The notes beneath the pieces are model-generated. The model was not told the origin of the DNA, searched no databases, and saw only the letters and a list, made by a program, of their open reading frames with translations. A stretch of DNA of 64,000 bases, taken from contig JBKHJL010000001.1 of NCBI GenBank assembly GCA_046538155.1, forward strand, positions 426 to 64,425. The letters are read 5' to 3'. This document shows, piece after piece, positions 9,962-19,367 of this stretch. A program made the position numbers and the translations under genes. Source of the DNA: Candidatus Micrarchaeia archaeon (lineage in GTDB: Archaea > Micrarchaeota > Micrarchaeia > Anstonellales > Bilamarchaeaceae). Position 1 is the stretch's first letter; each line of letters starts with the position of its first letter.

Positions 9962-11051
9962 AGAAGCCCTCTGTCATATAATGTTTTCTTTTATCTCTTT
10001 TATAATTCTTTCTTTTGTTCAGGAGCCTTTTTATTTCAGCCAGGTTCTTGTTGACTACTGTTTTCAGGTCGTATCCTTCTGAGTGCACCGCAACCATCGC
10101 ATTGTCAACATCAAGCCGGGTGCTCATCTGGTATATTGATTTGCCTTTTTTGAAGTGGATATTCACGTCTCCCATCTCAAAGGTTTTCCTGAACCTTTTC
10201 AGAGAATCCTTCATGCTCTGTTTTATGTCTCCGTAATAGAACATCGCCTCTTCAGGCAGGCCACTTATGAATACGGATGGCCCTTCAACTATGAGACTCA
10301 GGACGAATTTCATTACGTCCACTGCTGTCAGCACCCCCACTGCGCGCCCGCCTTCCTTAACTACGAGCCTGGAAACGTTTTTTTCTGCCATTTTCTTTGC
10401 TGCCCTTTCAAGCGGCTCATCCGCTTTTATGGTTACCAAGCTTTCCCGCATATAATCCTTTATCCTTTTCTCATCAGGATTGTCTATCTCGGAAGCGAGT
10501 GCAAACCTCTGTCTGCCCCTGGGCTTCAGGACCAGCATTGAGAGGTCAAACGGAGATAGGCTCCCGATTACTTTGTTGCCCCTGGTGACTGCGAGGTGGT
10601 GGACGCCCAGTTTTTTCATTACTCCCCGCGCCAGCCCCACAGTTTCATTTTCATCTATTGTGTAAATCGGGCTTGCCATGAGTGCTGAAACGCTGGTTTT
10701 GGGAACGGTTTTCATCTTGACCATTTCGGCCATAACATCCGCCCTGCTTACCTTCCCGAGTATTTTTCCATCCTCAACTACGGGCAGGGCCTTGAAGTGT
10801 CCGGCCATAAATGCCCGCATGTGGTCGGTAATATCCATCATTTCCTTAAGCTGGGGCGCCCTTACTGCGGCCTTTAGCGCCTTGGTTTTGCTTGAGTCGC
10901 TTATGTTTGGGCGAATATCCCTGTCATCAATAAGTCCGTAGTATTTTCCATTATGGGTAATCATCACCGCAGTTCCTGTCCTGAGTATTGATTCCAGGGC
11001 CTTTGAAAGCGGCTCGCTGCCTTTTATTACATCTGCTTTCATCATTCTCAT
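9945..11051 (-). CDS. CBS-domain protein (tandem CBS pairs)
   Basis: Repeated CBS-domain patterns (e.g. VMITHNGKYYGLIDDRDI, HHLAVTRGNKVIGSLSPFD, VSRLVVKEGGRAVGVLTAVDVM). Confidence 0.75.
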   Translation of the reverse strand: MRMMKADVIKGSEPLSKALESILRTGTAVMITHNGKYYGLIDDRDIRPNISDSSKTKALKAAVRAPQLKEMMDITDHMRAFMAGHFKALPVVEDGKILGKVSRADVMAEMVKMKTVPKTSVSALMASPIYTIDENETVGLARGVMKKLGVHHLAVTRGNKVIGSLSPFDLSMLVLKPRGRQRFALASEIDNPDEKRIKDYMRESLVTIKADEPLERAAKKMAEKNVSRLVVKEGGRAVGVLTAVDVMKFVLSLIVEGPSVFISGLPEEAMFYYGDIKQSMKDSLKRFRKTFEMGDVNIHFKKGKSIYQMSTRLDVDNAMVAVHSEGYDLKTVVNKNLAEIKRLLNKRKNYKRDKRKHYMTEGFYERTG

Positions 11052-11218
11052 GGGCTCACCAAAAATAAAAAGCAGTAAACCTTTATATCACTTTTTACAA
11101 GGATTTCGCCCAAACCAAAAAGTGAAAGTGCCATTGCGAAGCAGGTTAAACGGCTCCTCCGGCCTGGCACCACCGTAATTTTAGTTTATTTTTAATTAGT
11201 TTCGGCAGAAATTAGTTT

Positions 11219-11899
11219 ATGGACCTCCCCCTCACGTCTATTGTGCGAAAGCCCAGCTGGAAGCAGCTTCTTATGGAGCTGGTGACATCTGAGAAGCTTG
11301 ACCCATGGGACATAGACATTGTTGCAGTTGCCGACGGGTTCAACAAGATGGTAAAGGAGATGGAGAAGTTTGATTTCAGCGTTCCCGCAAACGTAATCCT
11401 TGCATCTGCAATCCTCCTGAAATACAAAAGCAATGCACTGCGGATAATTGAAGAGGAGCCGGAGGAAATCCCCGAGCCCGAGCCGGTTGAGGTGGGGGAT
11501 GAGCAGGTGCCCCAGCTTAGGATAAAGTCAAGGATACCTCCAAAAGTTCCCCTTACACTTAACCAGCTTATTTCTGAAATGGAAAAGGTAATCAAATACG
11601 ATGAAGCTGAGCCCAAGCCCCGCCTCCCGAAAAAAACAAGGGAGGTGATGGAGATACCCCTCCCGGATTATGACATAGAGAAAGAGATGGAAAAGCTGTA
11701 TTCACGGATGCAGAATGAGAAGGACTCTGAAGACCTCGTGCTTTTCTCAAGGCTGGTCAAGGAGAAAACCCCAAAGGAAACAATACTGACCCTTTCCCCG
11801 CTCCTCCATCTTGCCCAGGAAAAAGCGGTTGGGCTCAGGCAGGACAGGTTCTGGGGGGAAATTTTCATAAAGGTGAATGGATGGAACCCAAGCGCTTAA
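11219..11899 (+). CDS. scpA: segregation and condensation protein A (kleisin)
   Basis: N-terminal ScpA motif LVTSEKLDPWDIDIVAVADGFNKMVKEM...VPANVILASAILLKYKS. It overlaps and is co-directional with scpB. Confidence 0.7.
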   Translation: MDLPLTSIVRKPSWKQLLMELVTSEKLDPWDIDIVAVADGFNKMVKEMEKFDFSVPANVILASAILLKYKSNALRIIEEEPEEIPEPEPVEVGDEQVPQLRIKSRIPPKVPLTLNQLISEMEKVIKYDEAEPKPRLPKKTREVMEIPLPDYDIEKEMEKLYSRMQNEKDSEDLVLFSRLVKEKTPKETILTLSPLLHLAQEKAVGLRQDRFWGEIFIKVNGWNPSA

Positions 11900-12393
11900 T
11901 TGAGGCAGCACTGTTCATGAGCGGAAGAGAGCTTTCAGTTCCGGAACTTAAAAAACTTACAGGCATTGCTTCAGCCGGGCACATAAAATCCCTGCTGGAT
12001 GAGCTGCAGGGGGACTACCGGGAAAGCGCACTGGAGATATTTGAGGCAGATGGTTCATACATGATGAAGGTAAAGGACGACTATGTTGAGGATGTGAAGC
12101 ATTTTGCCCAGTCCGAAGCGATAAGCAAATCAGCATTGAGGACGCTTTCCTATATTGCAAGGCACAACGGAATAATGAAATCAGAAGTAGTGAAGCGCAT
12201 CGGCACAGTGGTCTACAGCGATGTAAAGGAGCTTGTGGAAAATGGATTCCTGCTACAGAGAAAATGCGGGAGGAGCTCAAAGCTTTTTCTCACCAACAAG
12301 TTCCGGGCCTACTTTGAGCAGCAGAAACCGGAGGAGGGAGGACAGGAAGTGCCCCGGATGGCCCCTCCTGAAGAAGAGGAGTTTGAGGAATAG
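11881..12393 (+). CDS. scpB: segregation and condensation protein B
   Basis: Typical ScpB N-terminus MEPKRLIEAALFMSGRELSVPELKKLTGI followed by a winged-helix pair. 170 aa. Confidence 0.8.
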   Translation: MEPKRLIEAALFMSGRELSVPELKKLTGIASAGHIKSLLDELQGDYRESALEIFEADGSYMMKVKDDYVEDVKHFAQSEAISKSALRTLSYIARHNGIMKSEVVKRIGTVVYSDVKELVENGFLLQRKCGRSSKLFLTNKFRAYFEQQKPEEGGQEVPRMAPPEEEEFEE

Positions 12394-12936
12394 CTATTCC
12401 TCCTTCAGGAACAATTCTATTTTGCCCCTTAGTTCTTCAACGCTTCCTTCATTTACAATCTTTTGGTCTGCAAGGGCAAACGCATCAGAGAGGCTTTGCC
12501 TGTCCGCTTCCTTGTTTTTCATTTCCCTTGCCTCTGTTTTCCGGAACTCTTCAAAACATTCAGGGTCGCTCTCCCTCTTCCTCTTTTTCATCCTGGCAAA
12601 ACGGATTTCCGGGGATGCAGAGATGTAGAGGAGACGGGCGGAGGGCAGCTTCTTTATTTCAGCTGCCTCTGCTGCATTGCGTATTGAGTCAATCACGTAA
12701 TCCTTTTCCGGCTCCAGCCGAATGATTGTTTTTTTTGCAAGTGCAGCAGGCCCGTGTTTGCTCCTGAGCGCATTGCCCTTGTTTATAAGGTTCTCCCTTG
12801 TGATTTCCTTTCCCTCTGCTGACAGCTCTTCCCTGAGAACATCAGAAAGGGAGAGGTAGGCAAAACCCCTTTCCCTGAGGTATTCTGCAACCGTTCCCTT
12901 GCCTGCGCAATTTTCCCCTGTTAACCCGATAATCAT
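12394..12936 (-). CDS. P-loop nucleotide/nucleoside monophosphate kinase (CoaE/dNMP-kinase-like)
   Basis: IIGLTGENCAGKGTVAEYL P-loop at the extreme N-terminus, as in dephospho-CoA kinase and small NMP kinases. 180 aa. Confidence 0.5.
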   Translation of the reverse strand: MIIGLTGENCAGKGTVAEYLRERGFAYLSLSDVLREELSAEGKEITRENLINKGNALRSKHGPAALAKKTIIRLEPEKDYVIDSIRNAAEAAEIKKLPSARLLYISASPEIRFARMKKRKRESDPECFEEFRKTEAREMKNKEADRQSLSDAFALADQKIVNEGSVEELRGKIELFLKEE

Positions 12937-12983
12937 TTTTCTACCCCGGCAATATCAGGGGGGAGGTATAAAACCTTTGAGTT

Positions 12984-12999
12984 TGTAACCATGGTTACA
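12984..12999. promoter_or_regulatory. perfect 16-bp palindrome TGTAACCATGGTTACA in the divergent kinase/hisS promoter region, followed by a TATA-like box (TTTAATATATAAA)
   Basis: Read directly from the sequence. The same core recurs at 63547..63566 upstream of purP. Confidence 0.45.
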
Positions 13000-13033
13000 C
13001 TCCCCCTTTAATATATAAACTTTCTCCTTCTTT

Positions 13034-14275
13034 TTGTTAGCGCTTAGAGGTAAATTCATGAAAAGGGCCAAGGGAATGAGAGACTTCCTCCCTCCCCAGA
13101 TGATGCAGAGGGAGAAGGTCTTCTCCGTAATAGCAGAAACCTACCGGGAATTTGGCTTCCAGCCGCTGGAAACACCCGCCCTGGAGCTCCTCAGTACACT
13201 GAGGGCAAAGAGCGGGGAGGAGATTGCAGGCCAGCTGTTTGAAATACGCGATTCAGACTTTGGCATGCGCTTTGACCTTACTGTTCCCCTTTCCAGGGTA
13301 GCTGCAAACACCTCTTTCCCCAAGCCCTTCAAGCGCTACCAGATTGGTCCGGTCTGGAGGCGGGAAGAGCCCCAGAAAGGAAGGTTCCGTGAGTTCTGGC
13401 AGGCGGATGCTGACATAATAGGCTCTTCTTCCATGAGGGTTGAGGCAGAGCTCCTGGAAATGGCTTCCACCGCGCTCAGGCGCCTGGGCCTGCCCGATTT
13501 CAAAATCCTCCTCAACAACCGCAGGATACTCAATTCACTTCTTGACCATTTTGGAATTTCTGAAAAGAGGGAAGAAGTTTTCAGGACCCTTGATAAGATA
13601 GACAAGATAGGGTATGATTCTGCATGCGGTTCCCTGGAGCCCCTGCTTGGGGAAAGCGCAGGGGAAATTATGCCCCTCTTCAATCTGGAAGGCACAAATG
13701 AAGAGAAGATTGCGGAGTTTGAGAAATATTCCCCAGAAGGTACAGAAGAAGTAAGGCAGATACTTGACCTGTTCCCTGGTTTCTTTTTTGAGCCAACCCT
13801 TGTCCGCGGGCTCGGATATTATTCCGGCCCGGTTTTTGAGTTCAAGGGAACGGGCGAGTATTCAGGAAGCTTTGCAGGAGGGGGCCGATACGACGGCCTG
13901 CTTGAGCTGTATGGAAAGGGCGCCCCGGCTGCAGGGGTGAGCCTTGGGGTGGAGCGCATCCTTCTTCTGCTTGGGGAAAACAAGGAGAAAAAGACATACA
14001 CGGAGATTTTTGTAGCAACCCTTCCCGGGCAATACCAAAAGGGAAGTGAAGTGGCAAAGGAGTTGAGGAAGGAACGGCTCCCCGCCGAAACAGATTTAAT
14101 GGGTAGGAGCCTGAAGAAACAGCTGGATTATGCCCGCTCCCTCAGGATACCCTGGGTTATGGTAATAGGGGAGAAGGAGGCGGAAAAGAACCAGGTTACG
14201 CTTCGGAACATGGAGGCAGGGGAGGAAGAGACCCTTTCCCTTGCAAAAGCGATAAGGAAGATAAGGAAGATTTAG
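13034..14275 (+). CDS. hisS: histidyl-tRNA synthetase (class II)
   Basis: HisRS motifs MRDFLP at the N-terminus, FREFWQADADIIG (motif 2 region) and GGGRYDGL (the HisRS-specific motif). The true start is probably the MKRAKGMRDF Met near 13055. Confidence 0.9.
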   Translation: MLALRGKFMKRAKGMRDFLPPQMMQREKVFSVIAETYREFGFQPLETPALELLSTLRAKSGEEIAGQLFEIRDSDFGMRFDLTVPLSRVAANTSFPKPFKRYQIGPVWRREEPQKGRFREFWQADADIIGSSSMRVEAELLEMASTALRRLGLPDFKILLNNRRILNSLLDHFGISEKREEVFRTLDKIDKIGYDSACGSLEPLLGESAGEIMPLFNLEGTNEEKIAEFEKYSPEGTEEVRQILDLFPGFFFEPTLVRGLGYYSGPVFEFKGTGEYSGSFAGGGRYDGLLELYGKGAPAAGVSLGVERILLLLGENKEKKTYTEIFVATLPGQYQKGSEVAKELRKERLPAETDLMGRSLKKQLDYARSLRIPWVMVIGEKEAEKNQVTLRNMEAGEEETLSLAKAIRKIRKI

Positions 14276-15625
14276 ATGCCAGGAAAACTGCTGAAGAAAC
14301 TCGGAAATGTGCAGGAGGCTGTCATAAAGCCCTTTTTCTACTATTCAATCATAGCGCTGTTCCTAATCCTTTTCATATCTGTAATCAGGGCAAGCATTTT
14401 CCCCAAGGAAGTAGGGGAGGAGCACCTTATTTTTGAGATGGTTTTCCTGCTCCTGCTCGCTATTCTCGCAAGGAGCATCGTGCTGTATTTCAAGCAGCCC
14501 ACGGTGCTGATTCTCATGTTGCTTGGAATTGTGATGGGCTCTTCTTTTCTGGAGATGGTCTGGCCAGGCGTTGTTTCCATCCTGCCATTCATCCCACAAG
14601 AGCCCCCGGAGATATTCCAGCACATGGAGCTTGTTGACATTTTTGCCCAGTTCGGAGCTATAATACTGATGTTCAAGGTCGGCCTGGAGTCCAGCATCCA
14701 CAAAATATTCACAAAGGAGAATTTCCTGGTAGCGATACTCGGCATAGTTTTCCCCTTTATTGCAGGATATCTGTTTGCGCTTTATACCGGAGGGGCATTT
14801 ATGTATGCCCTTTTCATGGGGGCGGCACTCACCGCAACCAGCGTTGGCGTAACAGCGGCCATACTTAAGGAAATGAAGCTGATGGACGAGAAGTTTTCCC
14901 AGATGATAATGGGGGCCGCAATAATTGATGACATCCTCTCCCTGCTTGTTCTTTCTCTGGTAATGAACATGCCCACCTCCCTGGATCCCGCTTCCCTCGA
15001 GCCATTTCTTTCAGTTCTTTTCTATGCATTTATCTTCCTTCTTGGGGGTTCAATAGTAGGAAAATATTTTGTGGAGAAGAAGCTCACTGTGCTCAGGATA
15101 AACGAGAAATCCCTCCTCTATGTGTTTTCTTTTGTATTCATCTATGCTTACATCGCGGAGTTCATAGGCCTGTCCAGCATAGTGGGGGCATTCCTTGCAG
15201 GGGTTCTCCTGAATTACAGCAGGAATTCAGAGGAGATAGACAAGAGGACACGCTCTCTGGAACTCATATTCGTTCCCGTGTTTTTCATTTCCCTTGGCCT
15301 CCTGGTGGATGTTGGCTCAGTTATCCAGTTCTTCTGGCCCATCCTGCTCATATCCGTGGTTGCAGTCCTCACCAAGCTGGTGGGTTGCGGCATCGGAGCC
15401 CTTGCCACCAAGTTAAATGCCAGGGATTCTGCCCTGGTTGGCTTTGGCATGTCTCCCCGCGGTGAGGTTGCCCTGATTATTGCGCTTTTCGGGCTTAACA
15501 GCGGAGCCCTCTCCATTCCCGAGTATTCAATCATTTCCGCAATGGCGTTCATAACCACGGTGGTTGTCCCACCGGTATTCCAGAAACTGCTTGCTTACAA
15601 ACCAGCAGGAGGCCATGCTGCATGA
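14276..15625 (+). CDS. cation:proton antiporter (CPA family Na+/H+ or K+/H+ exchanger)
   Basis: 449 aa with about 12 TM helices and a typical Na_H_Exchanger pattern. Its start abuts the hisS stop (TAGATG). Confidence 0.7.
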   Translation: MPGKLLKKLGNVQEAVIKPFFYYSIIALFLILFISVIRASIFPKEVGEEHLIFEMVFLLLLAILARSIVLYFKQPTVLILMLLGIVMGSSFLEMVWPGVVSILPFIPQEPPEIFQHMELVDIFAQFGAIILMFKVGLESSIHKIFTKENFLVAILGIVFPFIAGYLFALYTGGAFMYALFMGAALTATSVGVTAAILKEMKLMDEKFSQMIMGAAIIDDILSLLVLSLVMNMPTSLDPASLEPFLSVLFYAFIFLLGGSIVGKYFVEKKLTVLRINEKSLLYVFSFVFIYAYIAEFIGLSSIVGAFLAGVLLNYSRNSEEIDKRTRSLELIFVPVFFISLGLLVDVGSVIQFFWPILLISVVAVLTKLVGCGIGALATKLNARDSALVGFGMSPRGEVALIIALFGLNSGALSIPEYSIISAMAFITTVVVPPVFQKLLAYKPAGGHAA

Positions 15626-16143
15626 TGCTTGAAGTGCCGCTTATCTACCTGAAGGGAAAAAGGGCCTACAAAAAAAAGCTGGGCACGCTCAAGCCCATGG
15701 GAAGTGCAATAAAAGTGGCCAAGAAGTTCAAGGAGCAGTTGGGCACGGAGCTCATCCACGTGGTTGACCTGGATGCACTGAAAGGGAAGAAAACCAACTA
15801 TGATGTTTACGACCACCTGACTTTCAGCATGTATGTGCAGGTGGAGGTAAAGCCCGACCCCAAACTCATAAAGCCTCTCCTTGCCCTTAATGCCCGGGTT
15901 GTGATGGAACTTCCCACCAAACTGGACCTGGAACAGTTTAGGGATAAAAAGCGCCTCCTTGTCGGAAAGATTACTCCCAGGTTTAGGGGTTCCCTGGATG
16001 ATGTTTATGATGTTTACCTTGACGGAGAGTCCCCGGCAAAGCTGCGCGAGCTCCTTAAAAAGAAAAAGAGGGTATTTGTGAACAAGGAGCAGAACAAGAA
16101 AAGCGACAGGGTTTTCGGCCGCATCGGTCCTCCTGAATTATGA
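15622..16143 (+). CDS. hypothetical protein with HisA/HisF-like N-terminal half-barrel motif
   Basis: The N-terminus VPLIYLKGKRAYKK...ELIHVVDLDALKGKK resembles the HisA/HisF motif I(P)AIDLKDG...LHLVDLDGA. The catalytic Asp is replaced and the protein is only 173 aa. ATGA overlap with the antiporter stop. Confidence 0.4.
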   Translation: MMLEVPLIYLKGKRAYKKKLGTLKPMGSAIKVAKKFKEQLGTELIHVVDLDALKGKKTNYDVYDHLTFSMYVQVEVKPDPKLIKPLLALNARVVMELPTKLDLEQFRDKKRLLVGKITPRFRGSLDDVYDVYLDGESPAKLRELLKKKKRVFVNKEQNKKSDRVFGRIGPPEL

Positions 16144-16216
16144 CGTATGTATGCAATACCTTTATAAACAATCCTGCACATATTTTTCCTTATAATATTT
16201 ACTGAGGGAGAGCAAT

Positions 16217-16753
16217 ATGGCCATAAGACCAGCTAAATGCGTAAGAGACGGAGAAAAAGTAGCCTGGACCAGGCACTCCAAGAAAAAGCCAAGGAAGTCT
16301 TATATAAGGACAATGCCCCACAAGGACTTGAACCAGCAGAGGATGGGCGTGGACAAGGACACCTATGATGCAGCTTACCACCTGGTATGCCAGAACGACA
16401 AGCTGATAATCCGGGATAATGCGATGGAGGCGGCAAGACAGTCCACAAACAAGGTTCTTGAGGGTGCAATGCCCGCAAATTATTTTTTCCTTGTAAGGGT
16501 TTACCCCCATCATGTAATCAGGGAGAATAAGATGGTTGCCGGAGCAGGCGCAGACCGTATCCAGAAGGGTATGCGCAGGTCTTTTGGGAAACCCACAGAC
16601 AGGGCAGCCCGCCTGAAGAAAAACCAGAAGCTGTTTTCAGTTTACGTAAAGAAAAGTGAGATAAGTGAGAACGCAGTAAAGGAGGCATTCCGCAGGGCAA
16701 AGATGAAGCTTTCCGGAAAATTCTCTATAGTTGAAGGAGGGGTTGATTCTTGA
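16217..16753 (+). CDS. rpl10e: 50S ribosomal protein L10e (uL16)
   Basis: MAIRPAKCVRD... N-terminus and overall conservation with archaeal L10e. 178 aa. Confidence 0.9.
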   Translation: MAIRPAKCVRDGEKVAWTRHSKKKPRKSYIRTMPHKDLNQQRMGVDKDTYDAAYHLVCQNDKLIIRDNAMEAARQSTNKVLEGAMPANYFFLVRVYPHHVIRENKMVAGAGADRIQKGMRRSFGKPTDRAARLKKNQKLFSVYVKKSEISENAVKEAFRRAKMKLSGKFSIVEGGVDS

Positions 16754-18516
16754 TAAGCGTTGATGAAGAAGATTTTCTCATTGCAACGGATATAGATAAG
16801 CTAATTGATATTTTGTCAACAAGAAAAGATGTGGAAGTAGGAAAGCTTTCAAAAGAACTTAAGATGAACCGCCGGGAGGTTGAGAAGTGGCTCCATGTTC
16901 TGGAAGATGAAGGAGTAGTGAATCTTGACAACAGGATGGGCGCCCTCCATGCCCTCTGGGTAATGGAGGAAGAAGAGTATGCGCCCCCAAGCGCAAGGTC
17001 ACGGAAGAAGCCCCCTGCAAAATATGAAGAGCTGGAATTGCAGGAAACTACTGAGGAGCCGGTAGACCTTGTTGAGGAGATAGGGGAGATGGCCCCCCTG
17101 CGTTCCAGGAAAAAATCATTTTTTCCGGATGTACTGAAGGGCAGCAAGAAAAAGCCAAAGAAGGAGAAGCCCAAAATCAAACTGGAGGAGGAGCCGCCCC
17201 GCGAGCCCCCAAAGAAAAAACCCGCAAAAGCGCCCTCAGCCAAAACAGTTGAGAAGCCCCCGGTAACTATTCACAAAGGGCCTGCAGAGCCAATGAAACA
17301 GCGGCTGGAGAAAAGCAAATTTCTTAATCTCCCCTCCAGGAAAACAGGAAAGCTCCGGGAGCAGCTTGATGAGTACCTGAAGCTGATAAAGGAGGGGAAG
17401 GAGGAGCTCAAGCAGCTGGAAAGCGAGAAGGAGAGGGTGCACCGGGAAGGATTCCTTTCGCTTGAAAAGGAGTTTGAGGCGAGCCTTGACAATCTTGAGT
17501 ATGCGCTACTTGAAAAGGAGAAGAGAATTCTTGAGGCAAAGGAAAGGGTGTCAACCCTCCCGGAAAAGGTGGAGGAGATTGAGCAGATGCAGGAAGCCCT
17601 CAGGAAGTTTGACAAGGAAGCAGGAAATGTGCTTTCCCGCACCAAGAAGGGCCTGGATAAGGACTGGGGCAATCTTCAGGAAGTGAGCGGGGAACTTTCA
17701 GAAGAAATTTCAAAAGGGGAAGAGGAAGTGATGCGCGACCGGAGCAGGATAATGCAGCTCAGGGACATGCTCCAGTCCATGGAGCATGCAGAATCCCAGC
17801 TCAGGGAAACTCTGGAGTCAGGACGCAACGCAATAGAGGAAATGGAGGAGAAGGTTCGCACGGTTGAGGAATCCCTTGAGGATATTGTAGATTCCCGGGC
17901 GATTGTAAGCGAGAGGATAGAGCACATCCACTCCACCCTTGAGCGCAGGATGAAGAGCATTGAAAACCTCAGGGAAGAGCTTGAGAAGGTGGAGAAGGTT
18001 GAGCATTGGTTCAGGGAATATTCCGATGACTACCAGGAAAAAATGGACGAAATGCAGGAATATGTCCAGCAGAGTGAAGATGAGCTTGAGCGCATAAGGA
18101 AAGCCGCAGAACTTGAGTATGTTAATAAATACCTCCAGGAGCTGGATGTTGCAGAAGACAAGTACCGCGACAATCTTGGTGCACTTGAGATGGAGGAGGC
18201 AAGCATAGATGAGCAGATTTCAGATGTGCGGGGAAGGATAAAGCAGCTGATGCGGGAAAGCTCGGAGATAATGTCCAAGTACCGCCACATGGCTGATGAG
18301 GGCGGGGATTTCCAGGAAATGGTGGCAACTGCAAGGGAAAGGAACCGGCAGCAGCGCACTTCAGTGGATGAAAAAGCCTCCCAGCGCCGCACAATTGTTT
18401 CCGAATCAAAAAAGGCAGCAAAGCGCAGCAGGAAGCCCCAGGCAAAACCAAAAAAACAGAGGACTAAAAACCTCTCTTCCAAAAAGAAGCCCAAATCCAG
18501 AAAGAAAAAGAAGTAG
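16750..18516 (+). CDS. winged-helix / long coiled-coil protein with poly-lysine C-terminal tail (hypothetical chromatin/structural protein)
   Basis: TTG start overlapping the rpl10e stop. An N-terminal ~70 aa wHTH-like segment (LSKELKMNRREVEKWLHVLEDEGVV) is followed by a KE-rich linker and ~350 aa of heptad-rich coiled coil. The C-terminus is KKAAKRSRKPQAKPKKQRTKNLSSKKKPKSRKKKK. Confidence 0.6.
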   Translation: MISVDEEDFLIATDIDKLIDILSTRKDVEVGKLSKELKMNRREVEKWLHVLEDEGVVNLDNRMGALHALWVMEEEEYAPPSARSRKKPPAKYEELELQETTEEPVDLVEEIGEMAPLRSRKKSFFPDVLKGSKKKPKKEKPKIKLEEEPPREPPKKKPAKAPSAKTVEKPPVTIHKGPAEPMKQRLEKSKFLNLPSRKTGKLREQLDEYLKLIKEGKEELKQLESEKERVHREGFLSLEKEFEASLDNLEYALLEKEKRILEAKERVSTLPEKVEEIEQMQEALRKFDKEAGNVLSRTKKGLDKDWGNLQEVSGELSEEISKGEEEVMRDRSRIMQLRDMLQSMEHAESQLRETLESGRNAIEEMEEKVRTVEESLEDIVDSRAIVSERIEHIHSTLERRMKSIENLREELEKVEKVEHWFREYSDDYQEKMDEMQEYVQQSEDELERIRKAAELEYVNKYLQELDVAEDKYRDNLGALEMEEASIDEQISDVRGRIKQLMRESSEIMSKYRHMADEGGDFQEMVATARERNRQQRTSVDEKASQRRTIVSESKKAAKRSRKPQAKPKKQRTKNLSSKKKPKSRKKKK

Positions 18517-18521
18517 TTTCT

Positions 18522-19367
18522 CTATTTTTTAATCAGTTTCCCTGCTATTATTGCAATTTCCCCCATTAACTGCACCGCAATAATGTTGCTCATGAAACAT
18601 ATGTTCAGCACCGCAACACCGGGCAGGGCCAGCACTACAGGGAAAAACGAATACCCCAGGCTTTTCAGGTAATGTTCCATCCTCCTGTTCCTTAATTCGG
18701 TTTTAACGTCTCCGACTCCTTTCTTCGCCAGGCTTTCTGCAAGGTCCCTGCTTACCCTTATTCGGGATAGGAAAAAGTTTATTGCTGCCAGTATTATTGA
18801 CAACAGCCAGAGGTTCGGCATCTCTTTTTCCGGCACCTCAATCCAGTTGAGCACCAAAGGAAGCCCGCAAACCTCTTCAGGCATGGCTTCTTCCACCACT
18901 TCAACAACAGCCCCATCTATAAGGTATCCTGGCTTGCTTGCGGAAATTGGCTTTTCCCCGGGTTCAGCAAATACATAGGACACTTTTCCCCCCTCATTTG
19001 TTACTAAAGTTTCCCCTTCTACAAATACCTCTGCCCCCGGGATGGGTTTGCCTTCAGAATCCAGCAGCAGGATTATGGTTTCCTCGCCCGCAACTGCAAT
19101 TTCCCCAACAACTGATATTTCTCCCACAAAAACAACATCAAATATTTTTGCCGCCTGCAGATACCCTTCTGCATCTGCATATACAATTCCTTCAGGGGTG
19201 AATTCCAGGGAAACATATCCGTTGCTGTCTGCTACTGTGGATTCCCTGTCCGTAAATACATCTGCCCCCCCGACTTCTTCTCCCCTGTTGTTAATAATCT
19301 GGAATAGTCCCACTTCCCCAACGATTTTCTCCCCGTCTTTAAGCACAATCTCAAGTTCTTTTTGCAC
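18522..19367 (-). CDS. membrane-anchored hypothetical protein (C-terminal TM helices, V/E/G-rich ectodomain)
   Basis: 281 aa. The C-terminal half has two or more TM helices (LWLLSIILAAINFFL; FFPVVLALPGVAVLNICF). No catalytic motifs seen. Confidence 0.45.
   Translation of the reverse strand: MQKELEIVLKDGEKIVGEVGLFQIINNRGEEVGGADVFTDRESTVADSNGYVSLEFTPEGIVYADAEGYLQAAKIFDVVFVGEISVVGEIAVAGEETIILLLDSEGKPIPGAEVFVEGETLVTNEGGKVSYVFAEPGEKPISASKPGYLIDGAVVEVVEEAMPEEVCGLPLVLNWIEVPEKEMPNLWLLSIILAAINFFLSRIRVSRDLAESLAKKGVGDVKTELRNRRMEHYLKSLGYSFFPVVLALPGVAVLNICFMSNIIAVQLMGEIAIIAGKLIKK

Noticed and set aside
11052-11218. AATTAGTTT direct repeats (AATTAGTTTCGGCAGAAATTAGTTT) upstream of scpA
   Set aside because: It is probably just an AT-rich archaeal promoter region (TTTATTTTTA box). 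The repeat is too short to call a specific operator.
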